Made by a program: the position numbers and the translations under genes. From an uncultured Chloroflexia bacterium (lineage in GTDB: Bacteria; Chloroflexota; Limnocylindria; Limnocylindrales; CSP1-4): a stretch of 64,000 nt of DNA. The stretch is from positions 361,853 to 425,852 of the forward strand of contig CAVWPX010000006.1 of assembly GCA_963757055.1 (NCBI GenBank). The letters run 5' to 3'. This document shows, piece after piece, positions 9,840 through 19,487 of the stretch. Within the stretch, counting starts at the first letter, position 1; each line of letters starts with the position of its first letter. The notes under the pieces are model-generated. The model worked only from the letters and a program-made list of their open reading frames with translations, was not told the DNA's origin and did not search any database.

Positions 9840-11674
9840 CTACTCGACCGTCACCGACTTGGCGAGGTTGCGCGGCTGGTCGACGTCCGTGCCACGCGCG
9901 GTGGCGACGTGGTACGCGAACAGCTGCAGCGGGATGATCGCGAGGACCGGGGCCAGCGCCTCGTGCGTGTCGGGGACCCAGCACACGTCGTCGGCGAAGC
10001 GCTCGATCTGCGGGTCGCCCTCGGTCGCGACGGCGATGACGCGGGCATCGCGCGCGCGGCCCTCCATGACGTTGCTGATCAGCTTGTCGTAGACCGAGGA
10101 CTTGGTCGCGACCGCCACCAGCGGGCACTCGGCGTCGAGCAGCGAGATCGGGCCGTGCTTCAGCTCGCCGGCCGCGTAGCCCTCGGCGTGGACGTAGCTG
10201 ACCTCCTTGAGCTTCAGCGCGCCCTCGAGCGCCACGGGGTACCCGTAGCCGCGCCCGACGAACATGAACCCGCGCGAGTTGACGTAGCGGCGCGCCAGGT
10301 CGGCGGCACCGGCGGAGGCGCCTTCGAGCGCCCGTGCGGCCGCCGCCGGGAGCGCGCGCAGCGCCTCGCCGAAGGCCAGCTCGTCCGTCGTCCGCGAGAC
10401 GTCCGCGGGCGCGGGCGATCGCCGCGGCCAGGACCAGCAGGGTCGTGACCTGGGTCACGAACGTCTTGGAGGCGGCCACGGCCATCTCCGGGCCGGCCTG
10501 CAGGAACAGGACCGCGTCGGACTCGCGCGTGATCGCCGACCCGACGGTGTTCGTGACCGCGATGACCGGGCAGCCGCGCTCGCGCGCCAGGCGGACCGGG
10601 GCGATCGTGTCGGCCGTCTCGCCGGACTGGGTGACCGCGATGATCAGCGTGCGCTCGTCGAGCGGCGGCGGGCCGTAGCGGAACTCGGACCCGACGGTCG
10701 CGCGGACCGGGATGCCGATCCAGTCCTGCAGCGCCGCCGCGCCGATCAGGGCGGCGTAGTAGGCGCTGCCGCAGGCGACGAGCTCGATCCGGTCGACCGT
10801 CCGCAGCGTGTCGAGCATCCCGGCGATCTCCTCGACGTGGATGCGGCCCTCGCTGGTCACCCGGCCGGCGATCGACTGGGCGAGCGCCTCCGGCTGCTCG
10901 TGGATCTCCTTGAGCATGAAGTGCTCGTAGCCGCCCTTCTCGGCGGCCTCGGGCGTCCAGTCGATGGTCGTGATCTCGCGCTCGCGGTCCTCGCCGAACT
11001 TGTCGGTGATCGACGACGCCCCACGGCCGGAGGTCGACGACGTCGCCCTCCTCGAGGAAGATGATCTGGTCGGTGTGGGCGAGGATGGCGGCCACGTCGG
11101 AGGCGAGGAAGCTCTCCCCGTCGGCGAGCCCGACGACGAGCGGCACGTCCTGGCGGGCGCCGACGAGCCGGTCGCCCTCGGCGCGATGCATGACGACGAT
11201 GGCGTAGGCGCCCTCGATCTGCTGCAGCGCGTGGCGGACCGCCTCGGCGAGGTCGCCCTCGTAGGCCTCCTCGACCAGGTGGGCGATCGCCTCGGTGTCG
11301 GTCTCGGACGTCAGGGTGTGGCCGCGGGCCTCGAGGCCGTCGCGCAGCTCGCGGAAGTTCTCGATGATCCCGTTGTGGATGACCGTGATCTCGCCCGTGC
11401 AGTCCTGGTGGGGATGGGCGTTGAGGTCGTTGGGCCGGCCGTGCGTCGCCCAGCGGGTGTGCGCCAGGCCGATCGCCGCGTGCGGCGTCCGGTCGGCGAT
11501 GGCCGTCTGGAGGTTGACCAGCTTGCCGGCGCGCTTGTCGACGAAGAGGTCGCCCGCGTCATCGACCAGGGCGATCCCGGCCGAGTCGTAGCCGCGGTAC
11601 TCGAGCCGTTTCAGGCCCTCGATGAGGATGGGGCCCGCGTCGCGCGGTCCCGTGTAGCCGACGATGCCGCACAT
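9840..11674 (-). CDS. glmS: Glutamine--fructose-6-phosphate aminotransferase (frameshifts near 11012 and 10385)
   Basis: MCGIVG, LEYRGYDSAG, HTRWATHG, TQSGETADT, ELKHGP and C-terminal PRNLAKSVTVE, spread over three frames. Confidence 0.96.
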
Positions 11675-11750
11675 GTGCTCAGGTCCTCCGTTCGCCGCCG
11701 CCGGTCCCTGGCCGGCTGGCAGTGGTGACCGAGTTGGGTGGGCACCGCCG

Positions 11751-13086
11751 CTAGTCTAGCCGCTCCTTTGCGATTCCCGCGAGGGTGTCGGCGACTTCTG
11801 TCACCACCTTTGCGTCGGGCCCCTCGACCATGATCCGGAGCGCGGGCTCCGTCCCGGAGGGACGCACGAGGATGCGGCCGTGCGGGCCCGAGCCGGCCCT
11901 GCGCCTCCGCGACGGCGCTCGTGAGCACCCGGTCGGACTCCCAGAGGTCGCGCTGGCGCGCCTTCACGGCCCGCTGCTGCTGCGGGAGCAGCGGGATCCG
12001 CGCGGCCAGGTCCGCGAGCGCGAGGCGCTCCGCCGCCATGACCCGGAGCACCTCGAGCGCGGTCACGATGCCGTCGCCCGACGTCGTGTGCTCGAGCACG
12101 ATGACGTGGCCGCTCTTCTCGCCGCCGAGGACCGCGCCGGAGAGCTGCATGCCCTCGAGGATGTACTTGTCGCCCACCGGCGTGCGCAGGATCTGCCCGC
12201 CGGCCGCCTCGACGGCGTCCTGGAGTCCGCCGTTGGAGAGGACCGAGACCACGAGCCCGCCGCCGGGGAGCGCGCCGCGGCCGAGCCGGTCGAGCGCGAG
12301 GATGCCCAGCACCTGGTCGCCGTCGACGATCCGTCCCGCGGCATCGACCGCGATCAGGCGGTCGGCGTCGCCGTCGAGGGCGAACCCGACATCGGCACCG
12401 CGCGCGACGACCGCCTCCGCGAGCGAGGCCGGGTCGGTGGCGCCGGACCGGACGTTGATGTTCACGCCGTCGGGCTCGGCGTGGATGACCTCGACCGTGG
12501 CGCCGGTCGCGGCCAGGATCCTCGGGCCGAGGAGGCAGCCCGAGCCGTTGGCGCCGTCGAGCACGATCCGGAGGCCGGCGGCGTCGATCGAGGTCGCCAG
12601 CCCCAGCCGGTGCTCGACATAGGCATCCACGAGATCGGCGCGGACGGTGATCCGCCCGAGCGTCGCGTTGGTGACGCCCGGCAGCTCCTCGGCGCGCCAG
12701 ATCAGCTGCTCGAGCGTGTCCTCGACCGCGTCGTCGAGCTTGAGGCCGTCGCGATCGAGGACCTTCAGCCCGTTGTCGTCGGCCGGGTTGTGCGACGCCG
12801 AGACCATGATCCCGCCGGCGAACGGGCCGGTGCGCGCCAGGAACGCCAGCGCGGGCGTCGGGACGACGCCGACGACCTGGACGTCCACGCCGACGCTGCT
12901 GGCCCCGGCGGCGATGGCCGAGACGAACATGTCGCCCGAGCGCCGCGTGTCCTGGCCGACGACGATGGCGCCGCCGGGCTCGGCGAGGTGGTGCGCGGCC
13001 GCGCGGCCGAGCGCGAAGGCCATCGTCGGCTTGAGGTCGACGTTCGCGACGCCGCGGATGCCATCGGTGCCGAACAGGCGGGCCAT
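11751..13086 (-). CDS. glmM: Phosphoglucosamine mutase (frameshift near 11890)
   Basis: MARLFGTDGIRG, SASHNP, DGDADR, GGEKSGH; RPSGTEP..RIMVEG..KERLD* lies in the shifted frame. Confidence 0.95.
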
Positions 13087-13088
13087 GG

Positions 13089-14340
13089 TCAGCCTCCCAC
13101 CAGCGACTGGGACGCCGACGGGGACGGCGAGGCCGGGACGCGCTCGGTCACGGTGACCAGCACGGTCTCCGGGCTGGTGGCGACCAGGGTCAGGCCGGCC
13201 GGCAGCGACGCGGTGACGTGGACCGCCGTGGTGCCCGGCGCGAGGCCGGCGACGTCGAGGTCCATCACCAGGGTCGACGCCTCGAGGCGGTCGAGGTCGG
13301 CGACCGACCCGCCGATGGTCGCGAGGACGCGGTCGACATCGATCTTGTAGTCGAGGTCGGCACGCTGGCCGACCAGCTGGACGCCCGCCTCGAACGTGCG
13401 GGTCGACGTGATCGGGCGGAACGTGACCTTGACCGACACCCCGGTGTCGCCGATCGGGACGACCCCGGTCGGCAGGTCCAGGTCGGCATCGGTGGTCAGG
13501 GTGCTCGACGCCCCGTTGATCGAGACGGGCATCGTGTTGACGCTGACGAGCGTGCTCAGCTGGTCGGCGTCGCCCTCGACGGTCACGACGGTCGGGGTCA
13601 CCGCGACGGCCTCGACCTCGAACCCGGGCGCGGGCGTCCCGGTGATGACCGGCTTCACCGGCAGCGTCCGGGACTGGCGGTCGGAGAACACCGGCAGCGT
13701 CACGTGGACGAACCGCGGCGAGAGGTCGACGGGGCTGACCCGGTTGCCGACGCTGTCGACCGGGATGAGGTCGACGTCCTGGTCGATGTCGAGGCCGGGC
13801 TCCTGGATGACGACCGAGCCCGTCGCCTTGACGACCTTGTCGACCAGCGACTTGGCCCCCTCCACCGTGACCTGCTTCGGCTCGACGTCCATGACCCCGA
13901 CGGTCAGCCCGGTCGGCGGGACCCCCTGCTCGATCTCGACGGGCACGGTCCGCTGCGTGAACTGGTCGAGCTGGATGTTCACGTAGGGCGGCGATGACGC
14001 TGAGGATCTGGATCCGGGCGTCGGCGTTCTCGACCTGGACCGGGCGCTGGACGATCTGGCCGTTGGGCTCGATGCCCGTCAGGTCGACGAAGGCCGTGAA
14101 CGAGGAGGCCGTGGGCGCGGGCACGTCGGTCGGCGCGAAGTAGCTGATCGACTGCGTCGGCGGCGGCAGGGTCAGGAGCACCGCGCCGTCGGGGATGTTC
14201 CGCGGGATCACCGGGACCGGCTGGGTGAACGTGTTGGAGTTCTGGGTCAGGACCACGCCGCCGTACAGCAGCGCCGCGAGACCGATCGCGGCGAGCTTCA
14301 GCGGCCAGTTGTGGACGAGGACCTGGAGGGCTCGGGTCAC
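13089..14340 (-). CDS. cdaR: YbbR-domain c-di-AMP cyclase regulator CdaR (frameshift near 13988)
   Basis: N-terminal HNWPLKLAAIGLAALLY transmembrane anchor; repeated PKQVTVEG and PTVVTVEG YbbR motifs; lies between cdaA and glmM. Confidence 0.85.
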
Positions 14341-15290
14341 CGCGGTGCCTGGGCGGCCGCGGTCGTCGGCCCCTCGTCGTCGGACGGCGGGCTCGCGGGC
14401 GGCTTGGTCGGCGGCCGGCCGACGAACCGCCCGAGGTCGCCGAGCTGCGGCGCCCGCCCGGCGGTGCCGCCCGGGCCGGTGGGTCGCCAGCCGAGCGCGC
14501 CGCGCCGTCCGCCCGCGGGGTCGAGCCGCTGGCGCATCGCCGCGGCCAGCTGGGCCTGGTTGAGGTTTCGGACGATCCGGCTCCGCTCGACGAGGCTGAT
14601 CTGCTTGTTCTCCTCGGAGACCACGACCACGAGGGCGTCGGTCTGTTCCGCGATGCCGAGGGCCGCCCGGTGGCGGGTGCCGAAGCGCTCGGTGTGGATC
14701 GTCATCTCCGCGAGCGGGAGCAGGGCGCCGGCGGCGAGGATCGCGTCGCCGCGGATGATCACGGCGCCGTCGTGGAGCGCCGTCCGGGGCGAGAAGATCG
14801 TGCGCAGGAGGTCGGCCGAGAGGTCGCCGTGGACCATGACGCCGGTCTCGGCCACCTCCTCGAGCCCGGTCTCGCGCTCGATGACGATGAGGGCGCCATG
14901 GCCCTCAGCCGACAGGGCGGCGGCCGCCTTCGCCACCTCGTCCGCGACGTGCTCGGCGATCCGCGAGTCGACCGGCGACAGCAGCCACGAGAACGAGCCG
15001 ACCCGGCCGATGCGCTCGAGGGCGCGGCGCAGCTCGGGCTGGAAGACCACGACGAGGGCGAACAGGCCGACGACGGCGCCGCCCTGCAGGATCCGCGTGA
15101 GCAGGATGAAGTTGAACGCGACCGCCAGGAAGTAGACGACGATGAGGACGCTGACCCCGATGACGAGTCGGACGGCACGGGTCCCGCGGATCAGGCTGAA
15201 GAGCCAGTAGATGAGGAGCGCGGTGATCCCGATGTCGACCACCGTGCTCAGGTGCACCTGGGCGAAGATCGATCTGAGGAGCTCGGTCAT
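14337..15290 (-). CDS. cdaA: Diadenylate cyclase CdaA (DacA/YbbP)
   Basis: Three N-terminal TM segments, FQPELRRALE, LHDGA, GTRHRAA, VSEE. Confidence 0.96.
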   Translation of the reverse strand: MTELLRSIFAQVHLSTVVDIGITALLIYWLFSLIRGTRAVRLVIGVSVLIVVYFLAVAFNFILLTRILQGGAVVGLFALVVVFQPELRRALERIGRVGSFSWLLSPVDSRIAEHVADEVAKAAAALSAEGHGALIVIERETGLEEVAETGVMVHGDLSADLLRTIFSPRTALHDGAVIIRGDAILAAGALLPLAEMTIHTERFGTRHRAALGIAEQTDALVVVVSEENKQISLVERSRIVRNLNQAQLAAAMRQRLDPAGGRRGALGWRPTGPGGTAGRAPQLGDLGRFVGRPPTKPPASPPSDDEGPTTAAAQAPR

Positions 15291-15299
15291 CGTGGTCCG

Positions 15300-15308
15300 A
15301 GTGTAGCA
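15300..15308 (-). promoter_or_regulatory. Extended -10 promoter (TGcTACACT) for the cdaA operon
   Basis: TGn-TAnnnT located 9 nt upstream of the ATG, with no SD. Confidence 0.55.
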
Positions 15309-15336
15309 TCGGGCATCGTCGCTTCGGCCTCGGCGC

Positions 15337-16239
15337 TCAGGCGCAGAAGGCGGTCAGCCGAGCGTCCCCGGGGAACCGCTCCGCGGCCATCGTGCACAGC
15401 CGGGCGCGCGTCAGGTCATCGGCTGCCAGGTCGGTCAGCCGGCCCAGCAGGACCAGCTTGTCCGCGGCCGCCGACCGCCAGCCGCGGTCGAGGTAGAGCT
15501 CGGTGAGCGCGAGGTGGACGTCGCCCGCGGCCGGCGACACCGCGAGGGCCTGGTAGCAGGCGTCGAGCGCGGCGTTGAGGTTCCCGATCGAGCGCTGCGC
15601 CGCGGCGGCCTCCAGGTAGCACCGGCGTGCCTCGTCGCGGTCGCCGCCGTCGAGCGCGGTGTCGGCCGTCGCGGTCAGGACGGCCGCGGCCGAGAGGACC
15701 GCGCGGCGCGGGTCGCGCTTCGGCTCGGGCGCGGCGGCCGGGCTGTCGGACCCCGGCTCGATGCCGAGGGCGGCGGCGAGCGCATCGGCCGCGGCCGTGT
15801 CCCCGGCCTCGCGGAGGCGCCCGGCGAGGACCTCCACCCCGCGGCGGCGGCTGCGCGATTCGGCGAGCTCGAGGGCGAGCCGCCCCGCGTCGGCGGCGTC
15901 GCTGAGACGGCCGGCCTCGTCCAGCACGACCACCAGGCGGTCGAGGGTGTCGGCCGCCTCGGCCCGGCGGCCGGCCATGGCCAGCAGCTCGGCGCGGCCG
16001 CGGAGCGCCGCCTCGTCGGCGGGTGCCCGGTTCAGCGCGGCGTCGTAGGCGGCGAGGGCCTGGGCGGTCCGTCCCATCCGGGCGAGGACGCCGCCGAGGC
16101 TCGACTGCGGCATCGCCCGGTCGGGGGCGATCGAGCCCGCCTCCTGGTAGGCCGCGATGGCCTCGTCGAAGCGGCCACGCTGCGCGGCGGAATGGCCGCG
16201 GCGGAGCGCGTCCTTGTAGCGCTCGAAGGCGTCCGTCAT
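15337..16239 (-). CDS. Tetratricopeptide-repeat protein (300 aa)
   Basis: MTDAFERYK...; TPR patterns GRFDEAIAAYQEA..IAP, GRTAQALAAYDAAL..AP and GNLNAALDACYQAL..SP. ATGA overlap with argF. Confidence 0.82.
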   Translation of the reverse strand: MTDAFERYKDALRRGHSAAQRGRFDEAIAAYQEAGSIAPDRAMPQSSLGGVLARMGRTAQALAAYDAALNRAPADEAALRGRAELLAMAGRRAEAADTLDRLVVVLDEAGRLSDAADAGRLALELAESRSRRRGVEVLAGRLREAGDTAAADALAAALGIEPGSDSPAAAPEPKRDPRRAVLSAAAVLTATADTALDGGDRDEARRCYLEAAAAQRSIGNLNAALDACYQALAVSPAAGDVHLALTELYLDRGWRSAAADKLVLLGRLTDLAADDLTRARLCTMAAERFPGDARLTAFCA

Positions 16240-17192
16240 GCGGCCTCCTCGCGGCCGAGGAACTCGACCAGCAGCGCCTTCTGGACGTGGAGCCGGTTCT
16301 CGGACTGGTCGAAGATCAGGCTCCGCGGGCCGTCCATCACCGCGGAGGTGATCTCCTCGCCTCGATGGGCCGGCAGGCAGTGCATCGCGAGGACCCCGGG
16401 CCCGGCCGCGTCGAGCAGGGCGTCGTCGACCTGGTAGCCGCGGAAGGCGTCGCGCCGCTCCTCGGTCTCGGCCTCCTGGCCCATCGACGTCCAGGCGTCC
16501 GTGTAGACGATGTCCGCGCCCCGGACGACCTCGCGCGGGTCCGTCCCGAAGACCAGGCTGCCGCCGGCGTCCGCCGCCAGGGCCGTCGCGAGGTGGACGA
16601 TCCGCTCGTTGGGGCGATACCCGGCTGGATGGGCGAGGCGCACCTCCATCCCCATCGCGGCGCCGACCAGCGCGAGCGAGTGGTAGACGTTGTTGCCGTC
16701 GCCGACGAAGGCGAGGACGACGCCCTTGAGGCGGCCGAGCCGCTCCTCGATCGTGAACAGGTCGGCCAATGCCTGGCACGGGTGCTCGCGGAGCGTGAGG
16801 CCGTTGATCACCGGGATCTCGGCCTGGGCCGCGAGCTCGACGACGACCTCGTGCGGACCCGTCCGGACGACGATGCCGTCCACGAACCGCTCGAGGTTGT
16901 GGGCCACGTCGCGGACGCTCTCGCGGGCGCCGAGGACCACGTCGTTGGTGAGGTAGATGGCGTGCCCGCCGAGCTGGGCCATGCCCGTCTCGAAGGTCAC
17001 CCGCGTGCGCAGGCTCGGCTTCTGGAAGAGCATCGCGAGGGTCCGTCCGGGGAGCGGCGGCGGGACGTGGCGGCCCGTGTCGCGCAGCTCCGCCTTGAGC
17101 CGGGTCGTGGTCGAGAAGACACGGGCGACCTCGGCCGCCGACAGGTCGGCGACGCTCAGCAGATCGCGCCCGCGCAGCGACGGGCTAGCCAA
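16236..17192 (-). CDS. argF: Ornithine carbamoyltransferase
   Basis: KPSLRTR, HPCQ, GDGNNV, YTDAWTSMG, HCLP, SENR. Start uncertain: TTG 17192, or GTG 17214 if a homopolymer indel is present. Confidence 0.95.
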   Translation of the reverse strand: MASPSLRGRDLLSVADLSAAEVARVFSTTTRLKAELRDTGRHVPPPLPGRTLAMLFQKPSLRTRVTFETGMAQLGGHAIYLTNDVVLGARESVRDVAHNLERFVDGIVVRTGPHEVVVELAAQAEIPVINGLTLREHPCQALADLFTIEERLGRLKGVVLAFVGDGNNVYHSLALVGAAMGMEVRLAHPAGYRPNERIVHLATALAADAGGSLVFGTDPREVVRGADIVYTDAWTSMGQEAETEERRDAFRGYQVDDALLDAAGPGVLAMHCLPAHRGEEITSAVMDGPRSLIFDQSENRLHVQKALLVEFLGREEAA

Positions 17193-17297
17193 GGGGCAGG
17201 ATCCGGGACGTCACGCGCTAACTGTAGCGGCGCCACACGGACGCCCGCTGTCCCCCGAAGGTCGTGCCCGCCTAGGTCGAACGGTCGCACCAGAGCT

Positions 17298-17379
17298 GCG
17301 GCCGTGCCGGCGAGGCCCGTCGTCGAACCTAGCCGCGGCCGTGCCCGCGAGGCCCGTCGTCAGAACCTAGCCGCGGCCG
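17298..17379. repeat. Tandem direct repeat, two 37-38 bp units plus a 7 bp partial
   Basis: gcggccgtgccggcgaggcccgtcgtc-gaacctagcc (17298-17334) versus gcggccgtgcccgcgaggcccgtcgtcagaacctagcc (17335-17372). Confidence 0.9.
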
Positions 17380-17494
17380 CGTCCGGCGGTCCAGGCGAAG
17401 GCGCCGGCGAGCAAGGGAGCGAGCGCACCTGAAGGTGCGTGAGCGAGTGAGCGCAGCCGAGCAACGCACGCATCGGGCCGCCGGAGCCGGCCGC
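17373..17494. repeat. Dispersed palindromic intergenic element, copy 1
   Basis: 29 bp core 17419-17447 is identical to 47655-47683. Terminal arms 17373-17392 and 17475-17494 are 17/20 reverse-complementary. Confidence 0.85.
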
Positions 17495-17498
17495 CCAG

Positions 17499-17897
17499 CT
17501 AACGCTTGGTGTACTGCGGCGCCTTGCGGGCTCGCTTCAAGCCGTACTTCTTGCGTTCCTTCATGCGCGGATCGCGCGTGAGGAACCCGGCCTGGCGCAG
17601 CGGAAGGCGGTTGGCATCGGGGTCGATCTCGAGCAGGGCGCGGGCGATGCCGTGGCGGATCGCGCCGGCCTGGCCGGTGACGCCGCCGCCCTCGACCTTG
17701 ATCATCGCGTTGTAGCGGCCTTCCGTGCCGGTCACCCGGAACGGGAGGCGGAGCTCGGTCTCATTGACGGCGTTGCCGAAGTGCTCCTCGAGCGAACGGC
17801 CGTTGACCACGATCTCGCCTTCGCCCGGCAGCAGCCGGACGCGGGCGATCGCCGTCTTGCGACGGCCGGTCCCGGAGAAGAATGCGGGCGATGCCAT
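17499..17897 (-). CDS. rpsI: 30S ribosomal protein S9
   Basis: [31 protein letters not shown]. Confidence 0.98.
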   Translation of the reverse strand: MASPAFFSGTGRRKTAIARVRLLPGEGEIVVNGRSLEEHFGNAVNETELRLPFRVTGTEGRYNAMIKVEGGGVTGQAGAIRHGIARALLEIDPDANRLPLRQAGFLTRDPRMKERKKYGLKRARKAPQYTKR

Positions 17898-17914
17898 GCG
17901 ATCGGACTCCCTTG

Positions 17915-18346
17915 TCAGGCGAGCGGCTCAGGCCGCTGGGCCTGATGGGGATGGTCGGAGCCCGGGTAGACCTTCAGCTTGCGGAGCTGCTGGGTCCCGA
18001 GGCGATTGTGCGGCAGCATCCCCTTCACGGCGCGGCGGATGACCTCCTCCGGCCGGCGGGCGAGCAGGTGGCCGAGGGTCTCCTGCTTGAAGCCCTGGGG
18101 GTACCCGCTGTGGCGCGAGTAGAGCTTGGATTCGAGCTTGTCGCTGGTGACCGCGATCTTCGCGGCATTGAGGACGATGACGTGGTCGCCGGAGTCGAGG
18201 TTCGGCTGGTACGAGGGCTTGTGCTTGCCTTCGAGCACCCGCGCGATGCGCGAGGCGAGGCGGCCGAGCGTCTCGTCCGTCGCGTCCACGACGAACCAGC
18301 GGCGATCGATCTCGCTTTCCTTCACCGCGATGGTCTTGACGTTCAT
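17915..18346 (-). CDS. rplM: 50S ribosomal protein L13
   Basis: WFVVDA..LGRLAS, GKHKP, AVKGMLP. Confidence 0.98.
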   Translation of the reverse strand: MNVKTIAVKESEIDRRWFVVDATDETLGRLASRIARVLEGKHKPSYQPNLDSGDHVIVLNAAKIAVTSDKLESKLYSRHSGYPQGFKQETLGHLLARRPEEVIRRAVKGMLPHNRLGTQQLRKLKVYPGSDHPHQAQRPEPLA

Positions 18347-19113
18347 CGTTCCTCGTGTTCTCCGTTCGGTTCGCCCGGCCGACGCCCGATGGCGACGCGC
18401 CTGAGGCAGAGACCCCTGGCCGGGGCGGCTGCCCCGTCGAGGGCCGGTCGTCCGGCGCCGAGCGCCGACCGGACCGCTGCTTCGTCGATCTTCCCGAGGC
18501 CCACCTCGATGAGGAGGGCCACCATGCGCCGGACCATCCCGCGGAGGAAGGAGTCGGCCCGGACGTCGATCGTCACCAGCCGGCCCTCCCGCCGCACCCG
18601 GACCGCCATGACGGTCCGGACCGGTGAGCGGTCCGTGGCCCCGAAGGCGCTGAAGTCGTGCCGGCCGATGAAGGCCGACCCGGCTCGCTCCATCGCGGCC
18701 GTATCGAGCGGGACCCGGACCCCGAGCGCCATGCGCTCGCGGATCGGGCTGCGCGGCCCGTTCCAGACGGTGTAGCGGTACTCCCGGTACCGCGCCGCAT
18801 ATCGGGGCTGGAACGTCGAGGTCGTCCGACGCAGATCCCGGATGGCCACGTCGCGCGGGAGGAGCGCTTCGAGCGCCGATCCCAGCTCCGTCGCCGTGAG
18901 TCGTCCGCCGTAGGAGAAGGCGATCACCTGCCCCGTGGCGTGGACCCCGGCATCCGTTCGGCCGGCCCCGTCGACCCGTTGCGCCACCCCGTCACCGAGG
19001 CGCTGCACCGCGTCTTCCAGGACTCCCTGGACCGTCCGCTTCCCAGGATTGACCTGGAACCCGGCAAAGTCCGTGCCATCGTATTCAACCGTTGCGCGGT
19101 AGCGCACCGTCAC
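18343..19113 (-). CDS. truA: tRNA pseudouridine(38-40) synthase
   Basis: [35 protein letters not shown]. Confidence 0.97.
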   Translation of the reverse strand: MTVRYRATVEYDGTDFAGFQVNPGKRTVQGVLEDAVQRLGDGVAQRVDGAGRTDAGVHATGQVIAFSYGGRLTATELGSALEALLPRDVAIRDLRRTTSTFQPRYAARYREYRYTVWNGPRSPIRERMALGVRVPLDTAAMERAGSAFIGRHDFSAFGATDRSPVRTVMAVRVRREGRLVTIDVRADSFLRGMVRRMVALLIEVGLGKIDEAAVRSALGAGRPALDGAAAPARGLCLRRVAIGRRPGEPNGEHEER

Positions 19114-19130
19114 GGCCTCTCGACCGTGTG

Positions 19131-19484
19131 CTAGACCAGTTCGATCTGGACGATCTCGGCCGCGTCGCCCCGGCGCTGGCCGAGGCGGACGATCCGGGTG
19201 AACCCGGACGTGCGGTCGGCGTACTTGGGGGCGATCTCGTCGAACAGCTTGTTCACGACGAGCGGCTCGTTGGGGAACTGCGAGACGATCGCCCGGCGAG
19301 CCGAGAGATCCCCGCGCTTGGCGAGCGTGATGGCCTTCTCGACCCGGCCGCTGATCTCCTTGGCTTTCGCCTCGGTGGTCTTCACCCGCTCATAGCGGAT
19401 GACCGACACGGTCAGGTTCTTGTAGAGGCTCATGCGCGGGCCGTGCTTGCGGCTGAGCTTGCGTCCGCCGATCCGATGGGCCAC
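19131..19484 (-). CDS. rplQ: 50S ribosomal protein L17
   Basis: KTTEAKAKE, RRGDAAE. Confidence 0.97.
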   Translation of the reverse strand: MAHRIGGRKLSRKHGPRMSLYKNLTVSVIRYERVKTTEAKAKEISGRVEKAITLAKRGDLSARRAIVSQFPNEPLVVNKLFDEIAPKYADRTSGFTRIVRLGQRRGDAAEIVQIELV

Positions 19485-19487
19485 GGC

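Noticed and set aside
11675-11750. glmS ribozyme upstream of glmS
   Set aside because: The spacer is only about 76 nt and lacks the AGCGCC cleavage-site and GACGAGG core motifs.
16236-17192. N-acetyl- or succinyl-ornithine transcarbamylase, suggested by the SLRT motif
   Set aside because: The ornithine-binding DxxxSMG loop and HCLP are intact, which indicates an ordinary OTC.
17298-17494. CRISPR array or ARG boxes upstream of argF
   Set aside because: The repeats are directly adjacent with no spacers and no cas genes. No AT-rich TGAAT-like ArgR palindrome is present.
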